Source: Planctomycetota bacterium
Lineage (GTDB): Bacteria; Planctomycetota; Planctomycetia; JALXBF01
Assembly (NCBI GenBank): GCA_026991575.1
Contig: JALXBF010000096.1
Location: forward strand, 1-58,258
Direction of reading: 5' to 3'
Length of the DNA: 58,258 nt
In this document: piece by piece, positions 48,676-58,258 of the stretch
How the letters are laid out: each line of letters begins with the position of its first letter
Numbering within the stretch: position 1 is the first letter of the stretch
The notes under the pieces: model-generated
The model's input: only the letters and a program-made list of their open reading frames with translations
What the model was told of the DNA's origin: nothing
Database searches by the model: none
Position numbers and translations under genes: made by a program

Positions 48676-50832
48676 ATGGGCCCACTTGGCTTCCTACATC
48701 CCGGTTTGCTCTGGGGCCTGCTGCTGGCAGGTATTCCGATCATCATTCATCTGTTGAGCAAGCGGCGGTACCGCCGAGTGCGGTGGGCTGCGCAGGAGTG
48801 GCTTCTAGCAGCAGTGAAGAAGTCGGCCCGCCGTATGCGGCTCGAACAGCTCCTGCTGCTGGCGATCCGCACGCTCATCCTCCTGCTCGTCGCCCTGGCT
48901 GTTGCTCGGCCCATGGCAGAGCAGGGCCAGCTGGCCGTGTTCAGCACCGTGCGCACGCATCGCATCGTCATGCTCGATGGTTCGCTAAGCATGGGGGTGG
49001 CCGTGGCCGGGACGAGCCGATTCGACCGAGCCGTGCAGCTGGCCGAGTCGATCGTGCGGATGAGCCGGCCCGGGGATGCGATCAGCGTCTTGCTGGTAGC
49101 CAGACCCGTCCGTACCGTCGTGCCCGGCCCGGATACGAATCGCGATGCCGTTATGGCCGAACTGGCCAGCCTGAAGGTGACCTCCGGCGGGGCCGACTTG
49201 AACGAGGCGTTTGCCCGGGCTGCCCAACTGTTCGAACTCTCGCGCTACCCGCGCCGGGAGGTGTACGTCATCAGCGATCTTCAGCGGGCCACCTGGGCCA
49301 GCCAACAGCTGACCCCCGAACAACTCCAGGCCATCGGGCGGGACGTGTCCGTGGTCGTGGTAGACGTCGGTAGCGAGAATGCCCGCACGAACGCGGCTGT
49401 GACCGACGTGGCAATGGAACAGCCGCTTGCCGTCACGTCCCAGCCCGCTGAGGTACGCGTCCGGGTGCGGAACTTCGGGGACCGACCGCTGGACGGACTC
49501 GGCGTCGAAGTGTCGGTCAACGGTCGCACTGCCGGCAGGCAAGCCATTCGACTTGAACCGGGGCAGGAGCGGGAAGTTCGGTTCACCGTGCAGTTCACGG
49601 AGAGCGGATTCCAGCACCTGGTCGCCCGCATCGATGCGGACTTGCTCCCACTGGACGATCGTCGCTGGCTGGCACTTCCGGCCCGAGATCGGATTCGAGT
49701 GCTGCTGGTGGACGGTGAGCCGGCTTCGGGCGGCTTTGAAGCGGAAACCGCCTACCTGAAGGTAGCGCTCGTACCGGACCGTGAGCTGGCTGGTCTCGTG
49801 CCCTTTGAAACCGAGGTCATCAGCGAGTCGGATCTGATCGACACACAGCTAGACCAGTACGACCTGATCTGCCTGTGCAATATCGGCCAGTGGACGGAAG
49901 CGGAGGCAAACCGCATCGAGCAGTACGTCCGGCACGGCGGAAGCGTGCTCATCTTCCTGGGAGACCAGGTTGAGGCGACATCGTACAACGAGCAACTATT
50001 CCGGAACGGACAGGGCCTGTTGCCAATCAGGTTGCTGGATCGAGTGGGCGATCCGGTCCAACGCAGTGATGTCTTTCGGCTCGATCCGGGCGATTACAGC
50101 CATCCGGTCGTAAAGCCGTTCGAAGGCGCGCCGTCGGCCAGCCTGGTGAGCACGATGGTTTATGCCTACGTGCGGGTGGAGCTGGAGCAAGCCACTGAGG
50201 CGGCTGGTCTGGCCGTCGCACTGCGGTACGACTCGGGTGATCCGGCGATCCTAACCGGCCGCTTTGGCCGGGGCAAGGTCGCTGTGGTGACTACCAGCGC
50301 GGATACCGAGTGGACGACTTGGCCGGTGTGGCCCAGCTACGTGCCGGTGATGCAGGAACTGGCACGCTACCTGGTGGCCCCGGACCTGAGCCAGTGGAAC
50401 CTAGAGGTCGGGACTCCGATTGTGCTGGAACCTCAGCCGACGATGGGACAGGTCCGAGTATCGGCAGAGATGCCCGATGGCAGCCGACTGGAGCGGCTCT
50501 GGGAGGCGGACCGTTCCGAGCTTCAGCTGGGCGAAACGTGGCAGGCGGGTATCGTGCGGCTATATCTGGGACCGCCCGATCCGAAGCAACTGATCTACGC
50601 GTTCAATCCGCCGCGTGCCGAGAGCGATCTGACGCGGGTCGATCCCGACGAGCTGCGCGCGCTGTTGGGGGGATTGCCCGTTCGCTACGTGCGCGACCTC
50701 GATACCGACGAGGACGGCAGCCAACAGCCGACGCGGCAGGGTAGTGAGTTGCATCGACCGCTGCTGTACGCGGCCCTAATGCTCTTGGTTATTGAGCTAG
50801 CGTTGGCCTGGCGGCTGAACCGTCCGCATTGA
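48676..50832 (+). CDS. BatA-domain / VWA / CARDB-like membrane protein
   Basis: FLHPGLLWGLLLAGIPIIIHLL...LLLLAIR...ARP BatA N-terminus, LDGSLSM, ISDLQ, C-terminal TM helix. Confidence 0.9.
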   Translation: MGPLGFLHPGLLWGLLLAGIPIIIHLLSKRRYRRVRWAAQEWLLAAVKKSARRMRLEQLLLLAIRTLILLLVALAVARPMAEQGQLAVFSTVRTHRIVMLDGSLSMGVAVAGTSRFDRAVQLAESIVRMSRPGDAISVLLVARPVRTVVPGPDTNRDAVMAELASLKVTSGGADLNEAFARAAQLFELSRYPRREVYVISDLQRATWASQQLTPEQLQAIGRDVSVVVVDVGSENARTNAAVTDVAMEQPLAVTSQPAEVRVRVRNFGDRPLDGLGVEVSVNGRTAGRQAIRLEPGQEREVRFTVQFTESGFQHLVARIDADLLPLDDRRWLALPARDRIRVLLVDGEPASGGFEAETAYLKVALVPDRELAGLVPFETEVISESDLIDTQLDQYDLICLCNIGQWTEAEANRIEQYVRHGGSVLIFLGDQVEATSYNEQLFRNGQGLLPIRLLDRVGDPVQRSDVFRLDPGDYSHPVVKPFEGAPSASLVSTMVYAYVRVELEQATEAAGLAVALRYDSGDPAILTGRFGRGKVAVVTTSADTEWTTWPVWPSYVPVMQELARYLVAPDLSQWNLEVGTPIVLEPQPTMGQVRVSAEMPDGSRLERLWEADRSELQLGETWQAGIVRLYLGPPDPKQLIYAFNPPRAESDLTRVDPDELRALLGGLPVRYVRDLDTDEDGSQQPTRQGSELHRPLLYAALMLLVIELALAWRLNRPH

Positions 50833-50870
50833 CTCGTTTCGGACGCGGCGAGTGTGCCGGCGAGGAAGTG

Positions 50871-53270
50871 ATGGAACGTTGGTTCAGAGAGTGGTTTGAC
50901 ATTGCTGCCCCAGCGCCCGGTGAGGACGTCTCGCTGCGGCTCCGGCTTCCGATGGCCTGGCCCGCTTGGCTGATTCTGCTTGCCACGCTGGCCGCTGTCG
51001 CCTTCGTCTGGTACGTCTATCGCCGCGAACATGCGGAAGCGGGCCGGTGGCGGCGGTTGCTACTGGCACTGTTGCGGCTGTCGGCTTTGGCCAGCCTGCT
51101 GCTGATGCTCTTCGAGCTTGACTTTGTCGTCGATCGGCGTGGGCTGCCCTATCTGCTCGTGATGCTGGATCACTCGCAGAGCATGTCGCTGGGGGATCGG
51201 TATTTGGATCGGCAAGAGCGGCAGCGGGCCGAAGAACTGGCCAGTATTCCTGGCCCGGACGGGCGTGATGAGGGCGGTTTGCCCCAGCGGCTGGCCATTG
51301 CGCGCGGCATTCTGTTGCGGAACGATGCCGAGCTGCTGTTGCAGTTGGCCGAACAATACCGGCTGCGCATCTACGCGGCGGGGGCCAGCGCCACGCTCCT
51401 GGCCGAGATCCAGGACCGCCAGGCCGTGCCCCAGGCGCGAGAGATCCTCGCCCGACTCGAGGCGGATAGTCCGGAGACCAAGCTCGGCGACGCGGTGCGC
51501 AAGGTACTCTCCGAACTTGGTGGTGTGCCCCCAGCAGCCCTGATTGTGCTAACCGATGGGGTGCTGACCGAAGGCACCCCATGGGACGAGGCGGCCCGAC
51601 TCGCCCGTCGTAAGGGCGTGCCACTGCATTTTGTGGGCATCGGCGAACCGACTGCAGCCCTGGACCTGGAACTGCGCGACCTGGTCGCCGACGATGTTGC
51701 CTTCGTCGGGGACACCGTGCGGTTCGAGGCCAAGGTGGTGGCGAGGGGACTGAGCGAACCCCGCGAGGTCCGCGTGCAGTTGTTTCGCCAGGGAGAAGGT
51801 CTGCCGTTGGCCGAGCAGAGGGTGCAGCTACGTGAGGCAGACCGACCCGTGAACGTGCAGCTGCGATACGAGCCCAAGAAGGAAGGAGAGCAGACGTTCG
51901 TAATCCAGGTGCAGCCGATCGCGCGCGAACGGGATACGGCCAACAACAGCATACGCCACGCCATGATCGTGCGCGATCAGCAGCTGAAGGTGCTGCTGGT
52001 CGACACGTTCCCCCGACTTGAGTACCGGTTTCTAAAGCACTACTTGGAACGGGACCGGACTGTAGAGCTACGCACGGTGCTGGTGGCCGCTGACCCCCAA
52101 CATCCTGAGCAGGACCGTACGGCGCTAGCGGCGTTCCCCGTGTCGCCTGAGGAGCTGAACCAGTTCGACGCCGTGATCCTCGGCGACGTCAGCCCGCTGT
52201 ATTTCCAGCCCAGCCAGATCGAGATGCTGGCCCAGTTCGTACTCGAACAGGCCGGAGGTCTGGTGCTGATCGCCGGACGCCAGTTCATGCCGATGCGCTG
52301 GCGAGACACGCCCCTGGACCCGTTGATTCCTTTCGATCTCCAGGAGGTTGAGCCGTCGCCGGGGCTGCGCGACCCGTTCCGCATCCGACTGACGGTCGAA
52401 GGGGAGAGCCTGCCGATTTTCAGCTTCGGCCGCACGCTGCAAGAGAGCCGCTCAATCTGGCGGTCGTTGCCCGGCCACTACTGGTACCTACGCGCCCCGA
52501 AGCTGAAGCCTGGAGCCATGGCACTGGCGGTGCATCCTACGGAACGCGGCGTTGGTGGGCCGCTGCCGCTGATTGCACTCCAGTACGCCGGGGCGGGTAA
52601 AGTGCTGGCGTTGGCGATCGACAGCACCTGGCGCTGGCGCGACATGGCACGGGATCGTTACTTTGGTCGGTTCTGGGTGCAGACGCTGCGGTATGTTACC
52701 CGCAGCCGTCTGCTTGGTCTGTCCCGGCAGGCTGAATTGACCGTGGACCGGCGTCGCTACCTGTTGGGCCAGCCGGTCCGGATCCGCGTGCGGATCCTGG
52801 ACGATTCGGTGCTGGAGCTAGCGTCCGAGGGCGTCACGGTGACGGTCCAGTCCGGTGCGTCGTTGCCGGTTCGGCTTCGGCTGACGCGAGACGAGAGTCT
52901 CCGAGGCGCTGCGGTGTTCCGCACCCGGTGGGTACCGCCGGGCGAGGGCAGTTACCAGGTTGTGCTGGTTACCCCGCCGGTGAAGGGAGAATCACCGCGG
53001 GCAGCGTTCCAGGTGCAGGCGGCGCCGAATGAGTTCCGGCGCGTCGAGATGGCTGAGGCCGAGTTGAAACAGGCTGCCCGCATCAGCGGTGGCAGCTTTC
53101 ACCGCCTCGCCGACTACGAAGCCCTCTTCCGCTCGCTGCCCACGGGCCGCAAGGTACCACTGGAGGTGGAACCGCCCGTATCGCTGTGGGACACGTGGCC
53201 AATGCTCTTGCTCTTTGCAGTGCTGCTGACCCTGGAGTGGTCGCTGCGGAAGCGGTGGAAGATGCTCTAA
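50871..53270 (+). CDS. VWA / glutamine-amidotransferase-like membrane protein
   Basis: LDHSQSM, VLTDG, EYRFLK, GGLVLIAG and TWRWR motifs, C-terminal TM plus EWSLRKR. Start ATG 50871 (TTG 50829 possible). Confidence 0.85.
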   Translation: MERWFREWFDIAAPAPGEDVSLRLRLPMAWPAWLILLATLAAVAFVWYVYRREHAEAGRWRRLLLALLRLSALASLLLMLFELDFVVDRRGLPYLLVMLDHSQSMSLGDRYLDRQERQRAEELASIPGPDGRDEGGLPQRLAIARGILLRNDAELLLQLAEQYRLRIYAAGASATLLAEIQDRQAVPQAREILARLEADSPETKLGDAVRKVLSELGGVPPAALIVLTDGVLTEGTPWDEAARLARRKGVPLHFVGIGEPTAALDLELRDLVADDVAFVGDTVRFEAKVVARGLSEPREVRVQLFRQGEGLPLAEQRVQLREADRPVNVQLRYEPKKEGEQTFVIQVQPIARERDTANNSIRHAMIVRDQQLKVLLVDTFPRLEYRFLKHYLERDRTVELRTVLVAADPQHPEQDRTALAAFPVSPEELNQFDAVILGDVSPLYFQPSQIEMLAQFVLEQAGGLVLIAGRQFMPMRWRDTPLDPLIPFDLQEVEPSPGLRDPFRIRLTVEGESLPIFSFGRTLQESRSIWRSLPGHYWYLRAPKLKPGAMALAVHPTERGVGGPLPLIALQYAGAGKVLALAIDSTWRWRDMARDRYFGRFWVQTLRYVTRSRLLGLSRQAELTVDRRRYLLGQPVRIRVRILDDSVLELASEGVTVTVQSGASLPVRLRLTRDESLRGAAVFRTRWVPPGEGSYQVVLVTPPVKGESPRAAFQVQAAPNEFRRVEMAEAELKQAARISGGSFHRLADYEALFRSLPTGRKVPLEVEPPVSLWDTWPMLLLFAVLLTLEWSLRKRWKML

Positions 53271-53489
53271 GCCGCTAACGCTCTCGGCTTAGCTGCTTGC
53301 CACGGCGAACCGCCCTGACGGCGGCCAGAGCGGGGCGGGCGTTGAGTCACGTGACTCGGAGAGCTGGCCGCTCGGAACAGCCGTGCAACCGATCGCCAAC
53401 TGATGGTGCTTCCGGTCAGTCCCACCCGTGACGTCTGAGTAGCGGCCCGGTGCTCTTCCGGGCAAGCCCACCTTGCGGAAACATGGTCG

Positions 53490-55757
53490 CTAGCTGGGGG
53501 GCACCCACAGTTTCTTCTCTTGCCGCCGTGCGGCCGTGTCTTTCGTCCTGTCGGGTGTCCACAGTTCGCGCTTGGGGTGCTCGGGTGGCCCTGTGGGCAC
53601 GACCACGACTCCGGTTGCTGCCGAATTGAGCCAATGGTGCAACAGCCCGAAATCCAACAAGTACTCGTCTTCGTCTGACTCTTCCCGTTGTGCCACGTTG
53701 GCCACCCCTGCCCGTGCCAGCTCGCGCCGTGACCAGTCCTTCTCGATCCGCCGCACAAGCCCGATGCGTAGGAACAGGTCCAGGATGCGGCTGCCGAGCA
53801 CGCCCATGCAGGCAATCACCCGGTTGGAGCACTGCTTGTCGCCGGCCAGTTTCATGGGGGCAGTGACGAGGTATTCCACGAACGACTTGAGATCGTTGCC
53901 GGCGTGGTCGCGCACCAGGAGCTGAATCCGGTTCGCCGCGTCTCGGCTGTTCTGCACCGTTGGCTCACTCATGAACCGCAGCAGGGCGAGCTCCGCCTGG
54001 CACAACCGCGGCAGTACCGTGGGCACGACCCCGGCGCGCTCGGCCCGTTGCAGCACCTGGAGCGCAGGCTCGATAATGGCAACCCGGTCTTGCATCTCGT
54101 TGACGTGCGAGGCGACGGCAAGGGCGAATTTTTCCTGAAGCGACGCGTCTAGCTGGTCAAATCGCGCCTGCAGCCATTCCAACAGGTCGGCCATAATGTC
54201 GTGGCCTGGATATCCACTAAGCACGACGACGTTGGCCAGGCTTTCCGGATTGGAACGCTCCAGGTCAAGTACGGCAAGCCAGGGCGGGGCCAGCGAGTCC
54301 TTGGTTAGCGCGAACTTTGGCGGCGGTACCTCAAACCACTCGAACCAGATCCCTGCCTTCTCCACCGGACCATGGCTACTGATGTACATGCGCTGTAGGA
54401 CGAGTGCGAACGCCTGACGGATCTCCGTGCAGTTTCCCGCGAGATCGACCAGTGGGAGGAGAACCAGCTCACGCTTCGCGTAACTGAGGAACGCATTAGC
54501 TGCTCTCACACCCGTCTCTTCGCCCGTTCGCAGCGCATCGGCAACCGTGCGCGCCAGCACGCGCTCGTAGCGATCGAAAAGGGGGAGCACCACGTAGTCT
54601 TCGCGCCCGATGAGAGGCTTGATGAGCTCACGGGCAGACTCGTAATTACCCGTCACAACCCAGGATACCTGCTCGGGGCCGATCTCACTCCAGTAGACCA
54701 GGCCGGCAAGTGGCAGGTCGCCGTCTTTGGACCATTCGCGGCGGACCACGCCGAGGTAACCGCTCGGCGCGACCTTTCCAATCGGTACCACGAACTGACG
54801 AATCATCCGGTACAGTTCCCGCGCGCCATCTTCACGCGTGGGTTGGAACCGGAGGGCGTGGTACGTTCCTTGGTAGACGCCCATGCACATGGTGGCGATG
54901 ATGGCTGCCGCCATCCTGATCTCCTTGGCGCGGTTCTCATCGCGCACTAGCACCATCAGTCCTAGCAAGGACCCTGTGCCACGCCAGCCCATGGCCGCGT
55001 CAGTAAGCGCCAACAGCAGGTGGGCTTCCGGTAGGTCGGCTGCTACCGCGCTGAGCAGCTGATGGGCCTTCCGGAGCTCGAACCGCTTGTAGCAATCTGC
55101 GGCCTCGTCAATCCGCCCCGCGAAGCTCGGATCATCGGTTAACCGATTGCCCGGAGGCAGGTACGGGGGACAGTTGCTGATCCCCGGAAGGCTACTCGTC
55201 ACCGCGTCCAGCAACGGAAGGAAGTCACTCACGCCATGCTCCGACTGGAGGTGCCGTAGCACCATGCCGATATCTGTGAAGGACAACCAGGCGAGCGCGT
55301 CGGGGGGATTGTCCTCGAAGAGGTGTTTCAGATAGCCCGTAAAGATCTGGACGTGCAGAGGCCAACCGCTCCGCTGTGCCTGCTCAATGTAGTCCTGCAA
55401 TGCGGCAGGGATCTGACTCAGCAACCCCGTTCGCGCCAGAAGCGTCGCGAAACACTCATGTGCATGGGCAGAGAACGGTCGCTTCCGCACCAGCGCAGCA
55501 GCGTAGTTCAGTAGTTCGGCGTCGGATAGATCAAGATTGCACTGATGGTCGATCACGGCCTGCAGGGCCAGCGCCAAGAACAGCGGGTGGTACGGATGCT
55601 CACGCAGCGCCTGCTTCAGCGCCCGCTCCGCGTGGGTGTACTGCTCAGCTTCCAACAACCGCACGATCTTGCCAGCCTGCGGCAGCAGGTCAACGCAGCA
55701 CCACTTGATCTTCTTGCCGCTACCGCAAGGACAGTAGCTGTAGAGGTCCAAAGCCAT
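53490..55757 (-). CDS. SEC-C-motif / TPR-like hypothetical protein
   Basis: MALDLYSYCPCGSGKKIKWCC N-terminus, helical body, C-terminal LWTP/LWVP motifs. GGAGGA directly upstream. Confidence 0.75.
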   Translation of the reverse strand: MALDLYSYCPCGSGKKIKWCCVDLLPQAGKIVRLLEAEQYTHAERALKQALREHPYHPLFLALALQAVIDHQCNLDLSDAELLNYAAALVRKRPFSAHAHECFATLLARTGLLSQIPAALQDYIEQAQRSGWPLHVQIFTGYLKHLFEDNPPDALAWLSFTDIGMVLRHLQSEHGVSDFLPLLDAVTSSLPGISNCPPYLPPGNRLTDDPSFAGRIDEAADCYKRFELRKAHQLLSAVAADLPEAHLLLALTDAAMGWRGTGSLLGLMVLVRDENRAKEIRMAAAIIATMCMGVYQGTYHALRFQPTREDGARELYRMIRQFVVPIGKVAPSGYLGVVRREWSKDGDLPLAGLVYWSEIGPEQVSWVVTGNYESARELIKPLIGREDYVVLPLFDRYERVLARTVADALRTGEETGVRAANAFLSYAKRELVLLPLVDLAGNCTEIRQAFALVLQRMYISSHGPVEKAGIWFEWFEVPPPKFALTKDSLAPPWLAVLDLERSNPESLANVVVLSGYPGHDIMADLLEWLQARFDQLDASLQEKFALAVASHVNEMQDRVAIIEPALQVLQRAERAGVVPTVLPRLCQAELALLRFMSEPTVQNSRDAANRIQLLVRDHAGNDLKSFVEYLVTAPMKLAGDKQCSNRVIACMGVLGSRILDLFLRIGLVRRIEKDWSRRELARAGVANVAQREESDEDEYLLDFGLLHHWLNSAATGVVVVPTGPPEHPKRELWTPDRTKDTAARRQEKKLWVPPS

Positions 55758-56085
55758 TCCTCCGTACGCTAGCTTCCTGTGGCTGTGACCACATCTCCCG
55801 GGGCCGAAGCCGTCGCGGCGATCACGACCGGCCACGCATGCCGCGGCCGCACACCCGGCATGGCTTCCAATCGCACAGGCACACGCAGCTAGCTGCAGCT
55901 GAGCAGCCAACCGGCATCCAACCTGGCACGCGGTGACGGCGGGCCGCGGCGATCGGCTCGGTCACTCAGCACATCCCGGCTGACGGTCCGAACGGCCAGC
56001 ACGATCTTGTACACTGTTCTTCCCGCGACTCGTCGGTTATTCTACAGACCCCGTTTGCCGGCCTGCAGCGAAGCGAGGGCAAGCG

Positions 56086-56766
56086 ATGGCACGAGAAGCC
56101 CACGAGGTCGTCTTCTACACCTACCCCAAGTTGCTGTTTGCCTGGCCCGTGATTCTGCTCGGGTTCCTCTTCTATCCGCTGGCCGCTTACGAACTGGTCT
56201 CCAGCACGCTGCTGGGCTGGATCTACGTCATCACCCTGGTCACCGTGATCCTGACGATGGGGATCGACGTGAACCGCGAGGTCGCCGTCTTCTGGATCGT
56301 CACGCTGATCGCGATCGCTGCTGCGTCCGCGTACCTGCGCACGCAGGGGGTTGATTTCTTCAAGCCACTGGTCCATCTGCTCGGCTACATGCACCCTGTG
56401 TATGCACCCGGCACCGGCCTGGCGGTCTCCGTCTTCCTTGCCGTGCCCTACGCCGTGATGCTGGTCTGGGCCCGGCTTAACGATCGCTGGCGCATCACGC
56501 ACAACGAGTTCGAGCATTATGCGTTCGGTAAGGTGGATCGGGCGTTGGCCCGCGGGGCCAAGACCGTGCGCACCGCGTACCCCGACCTGTTCGAATTCCT
56601 GCTCTGCCTTGCAGGGGAACTGATCATCTACGATTCGAAGGGGGAGAAGGAGCTTGCCCGCATCGAGCACGTGCCCCTGCTGCCGCTGGTCCGCCGCCGA
56701 ATCCAGCGGATCCTGGAGTACACCGCGGTCGTCACGACAACCGACGAAGGCAACCACAAGAGCTGA
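56086..56766 (+). CDS. Four-TM membrane protein with C-terminal soluble (bacterial PH-like) domain, paralog 1
   Basis: Four hydrophobic segments then a soluble tail. Strongly similar to 57282..57980. Confidence 0.8.
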   Translation: MAREAHEVVFYTYPKLLFAWPVILLGFLFYPLAAYELVSSTLLGWIYVITLVTVILTMGIDVNREVAVFWIVTLIAIAAASAYLRTQGVDFFKPLVHLLGYMHPVYAPGTGLAVSVFLAVPYAVMLVWARLNDRWRITHNEFEHYAFGKVDRALARGAKTVRTAYPDLFEFLLCLAGELIIYDSKGEKELARIEHVPLLPLVRRRIQRILEYTAVVTTTDEGNHKS

Positions 56767-57281
56767 AAAAGCCGCACGGTCCCAGTACCACGCGCCATGG
56801 ACCTCGCCAGGTCGCCAGGCTCGTTACCCCCTGGGGACTATGCCTGAGATCACCAGCTTGCCGGTCCGGCTCGCCGGGAGCCGGCACGTTCGGCCTGCAG
56901 ACCTGTTGTGTCCGGAAGGCGCTACGATTTCGTTGTGCCAGACACGGGCCGGCAGGCTGTCGGCAATGAGCTTATGACCCAAGGATGACCGGGCGGCGGG
57001 CGAATAGGCCGTTAGCCGCTGCAGTGCCCGCATGCCCGAGCGGTGCCTAGCCGACGGCCCGGCCGACGCCCGCATCCGGAAGAGGGCGCGGTCGTAACCA
57101 GCCGCCGGCCGACCTGTCGCGAGCCGGCGGAGAGACACGCTTCCGGGGGAGTCGGCCGCGGCGGCCGGCGTCGACGCGGGCTGTAGACCGGTTGGCAGTT
57201 CGACGTGGGACTGCCCGCCGGCAATCTCAGCGGTATGGGACGGGGTGACAGTACCTTCAACCGACGTGGCAGGGAGAAATA

Positions 57282-57980
57282 ATGGCACGCGAAGTTCACG
57301 AGGTAGTCTTCTACTCCTACCCGAAGCTGCTGTTTGCCTGGCCGTTGATCGTGCTCGGAGTGCTGTTCTATCCGCTAGCTCACTGGGAACTGGTCTCCGA
57401 AGTAACGCTTGGCTGGATCTACGTCATCGTTCTGACCACCGTCATCCTGACAATGGGGATCGACGTCAACCGCGAAGCGGCCGTGTTCTGGATCATCACG
57501 CTGATAGCGATCGCGTTTGGATCGGCCTGGCTGCAGGCTAAAGGATACGACTTTGCCCGTCCACTGACGGCAGCACTCTCCTACATCGAGCCGCGGTACA
57601 GCCCTGGTGCCGGACTCGCAGTCTCGGTGTTCCTGGCCGTGCCCTACGCGGTCATGCTGTTCTGGGCGCGTGTCAACGACAAGTGGCGTTTTACGCACAA
57701 TGAGTTTGAGCATTACTCGCTGGGCAAGGTCGACAAGTCATTCGCCCGCGGCGCCAAGACGGTGCGCACTGCGTATCCGGACCTGTTCGAATTCATCCTG
57801 GCTCTGGCCGGTGAGGTGATCATTGCCGACTCCCGCGGCGACAAGGTGCTGGCTCGCATTCCCCACGTGCCGTTTTTGCCCTTCGTGCGCAGTAAGATCC
57901 AACGTTTGCTGGAGGTCAAAGCGGTGACTGCCGACTGGGTCGAGGCCGAAGAGGAAGAAGAAGGGGAACAGGATCTCTAG
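57282..57980 (+). CDS. Four-TM membrane protein, paralog 2
   Basis: Near-collinear with 56086..56766 (YPKLLFAWP, GIDVNRE, ARGAKTVRTAYPDLFEF). Acidic tail. GGAG RBS. Confidence 0.8.
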   Translation: MAREVHEVVFYSYPKLLFAWPLIVLGVLFYPLAHWELVSEVTLGWIYVIVLTTVILTMGIDVNREAAVFWIITLIAIAFGSAWLQAKGYDFARPLTAALSYIEPRYSPGAGLAVSVFLAVPYAVMLFWARVNDKWRFTHNEFEHYSLGKVDKSFARGAKTVRTAYPDLFEFILALAGEVIIADSRGDKVLARIPHVPFLPFVRSKIQRLLEVKAVTADWVEAEEEEEGEQDL

Positions 57981-58258
57981 AGCTATCCGCTCTGGTGGAA
58001 CGACGCTGCGGAGCGCCGGTCGAGCGCGTGCCATCTGGTCGCGCAGCGGGCCAACGGTCCGCCGGTCGAGGTACGACGCCAGAGTGCCGGCTGTCTAAGG
58101 GACCGATCCAGCTCGATAGCCCATACACCTTCGAACGCTCCGTCGACGCGTCGGCAGACGTTTCCCCGCAGAAACTGCAGCGGCGATCCATCCGACGACT
58201 GGCCATGAGGGGGATCCGGGTACGGCCAGACCGATGGCGTGTTGGGGCAGGCGGCATG

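Overview
GC-rich bacterial DNA, most likely from a Planctomycetota genome (inferred from a DUF1559 pilin-like gene, BatA/VWA/MoxR clusters and giant TPR and PQQ-propeller proteins). From left to right: (1) a giant secreted TPR gene (>2600 codons, runs off the window and is absent from the ORF track) with coiled-coil and VWA genes; (2) a surface-glycosylation cluster; (3) a soluble PAS chemoreceptor and a secreted (alpha/alpha)6 glycosidase; (4) a ~12 kb defence island at about 26.1-38.2 kb; (5) a sigma70 promoter and cobalamin riboswitch ahead of DUF1559 and BtuM-like genes; (6) a PQQ/TPR-moxR-DUF58-BatA-VWA operon; (7) a SEC-C/TPR gene and two tandem membrane paralogs. The island is the most interesting part. 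It holds two tandem CARF-less Card1-like PD-(D/E)XK nucleases, a helical orphan protein, a CRISPR array (8 intact 37-bp repeats plus 1 degenerate), cas2, cas1, a group II intron-type reverse transcriptase, a 413-aa candidate anti-sigma protein and an atypical ECF sigma factor. No cas6 or effector genes are present. A shared (T/C)GTCAG-N18-GT motif precedes four island genes, suggesting a sigma-controlled RNA-spacer-acquisition and nuclease regulon reminiscent of CASP-sigma/Csx30. The two newest spacers encode homologous peptides in the same register. All family assignments come from motif recognition by eye; no database searches were run.
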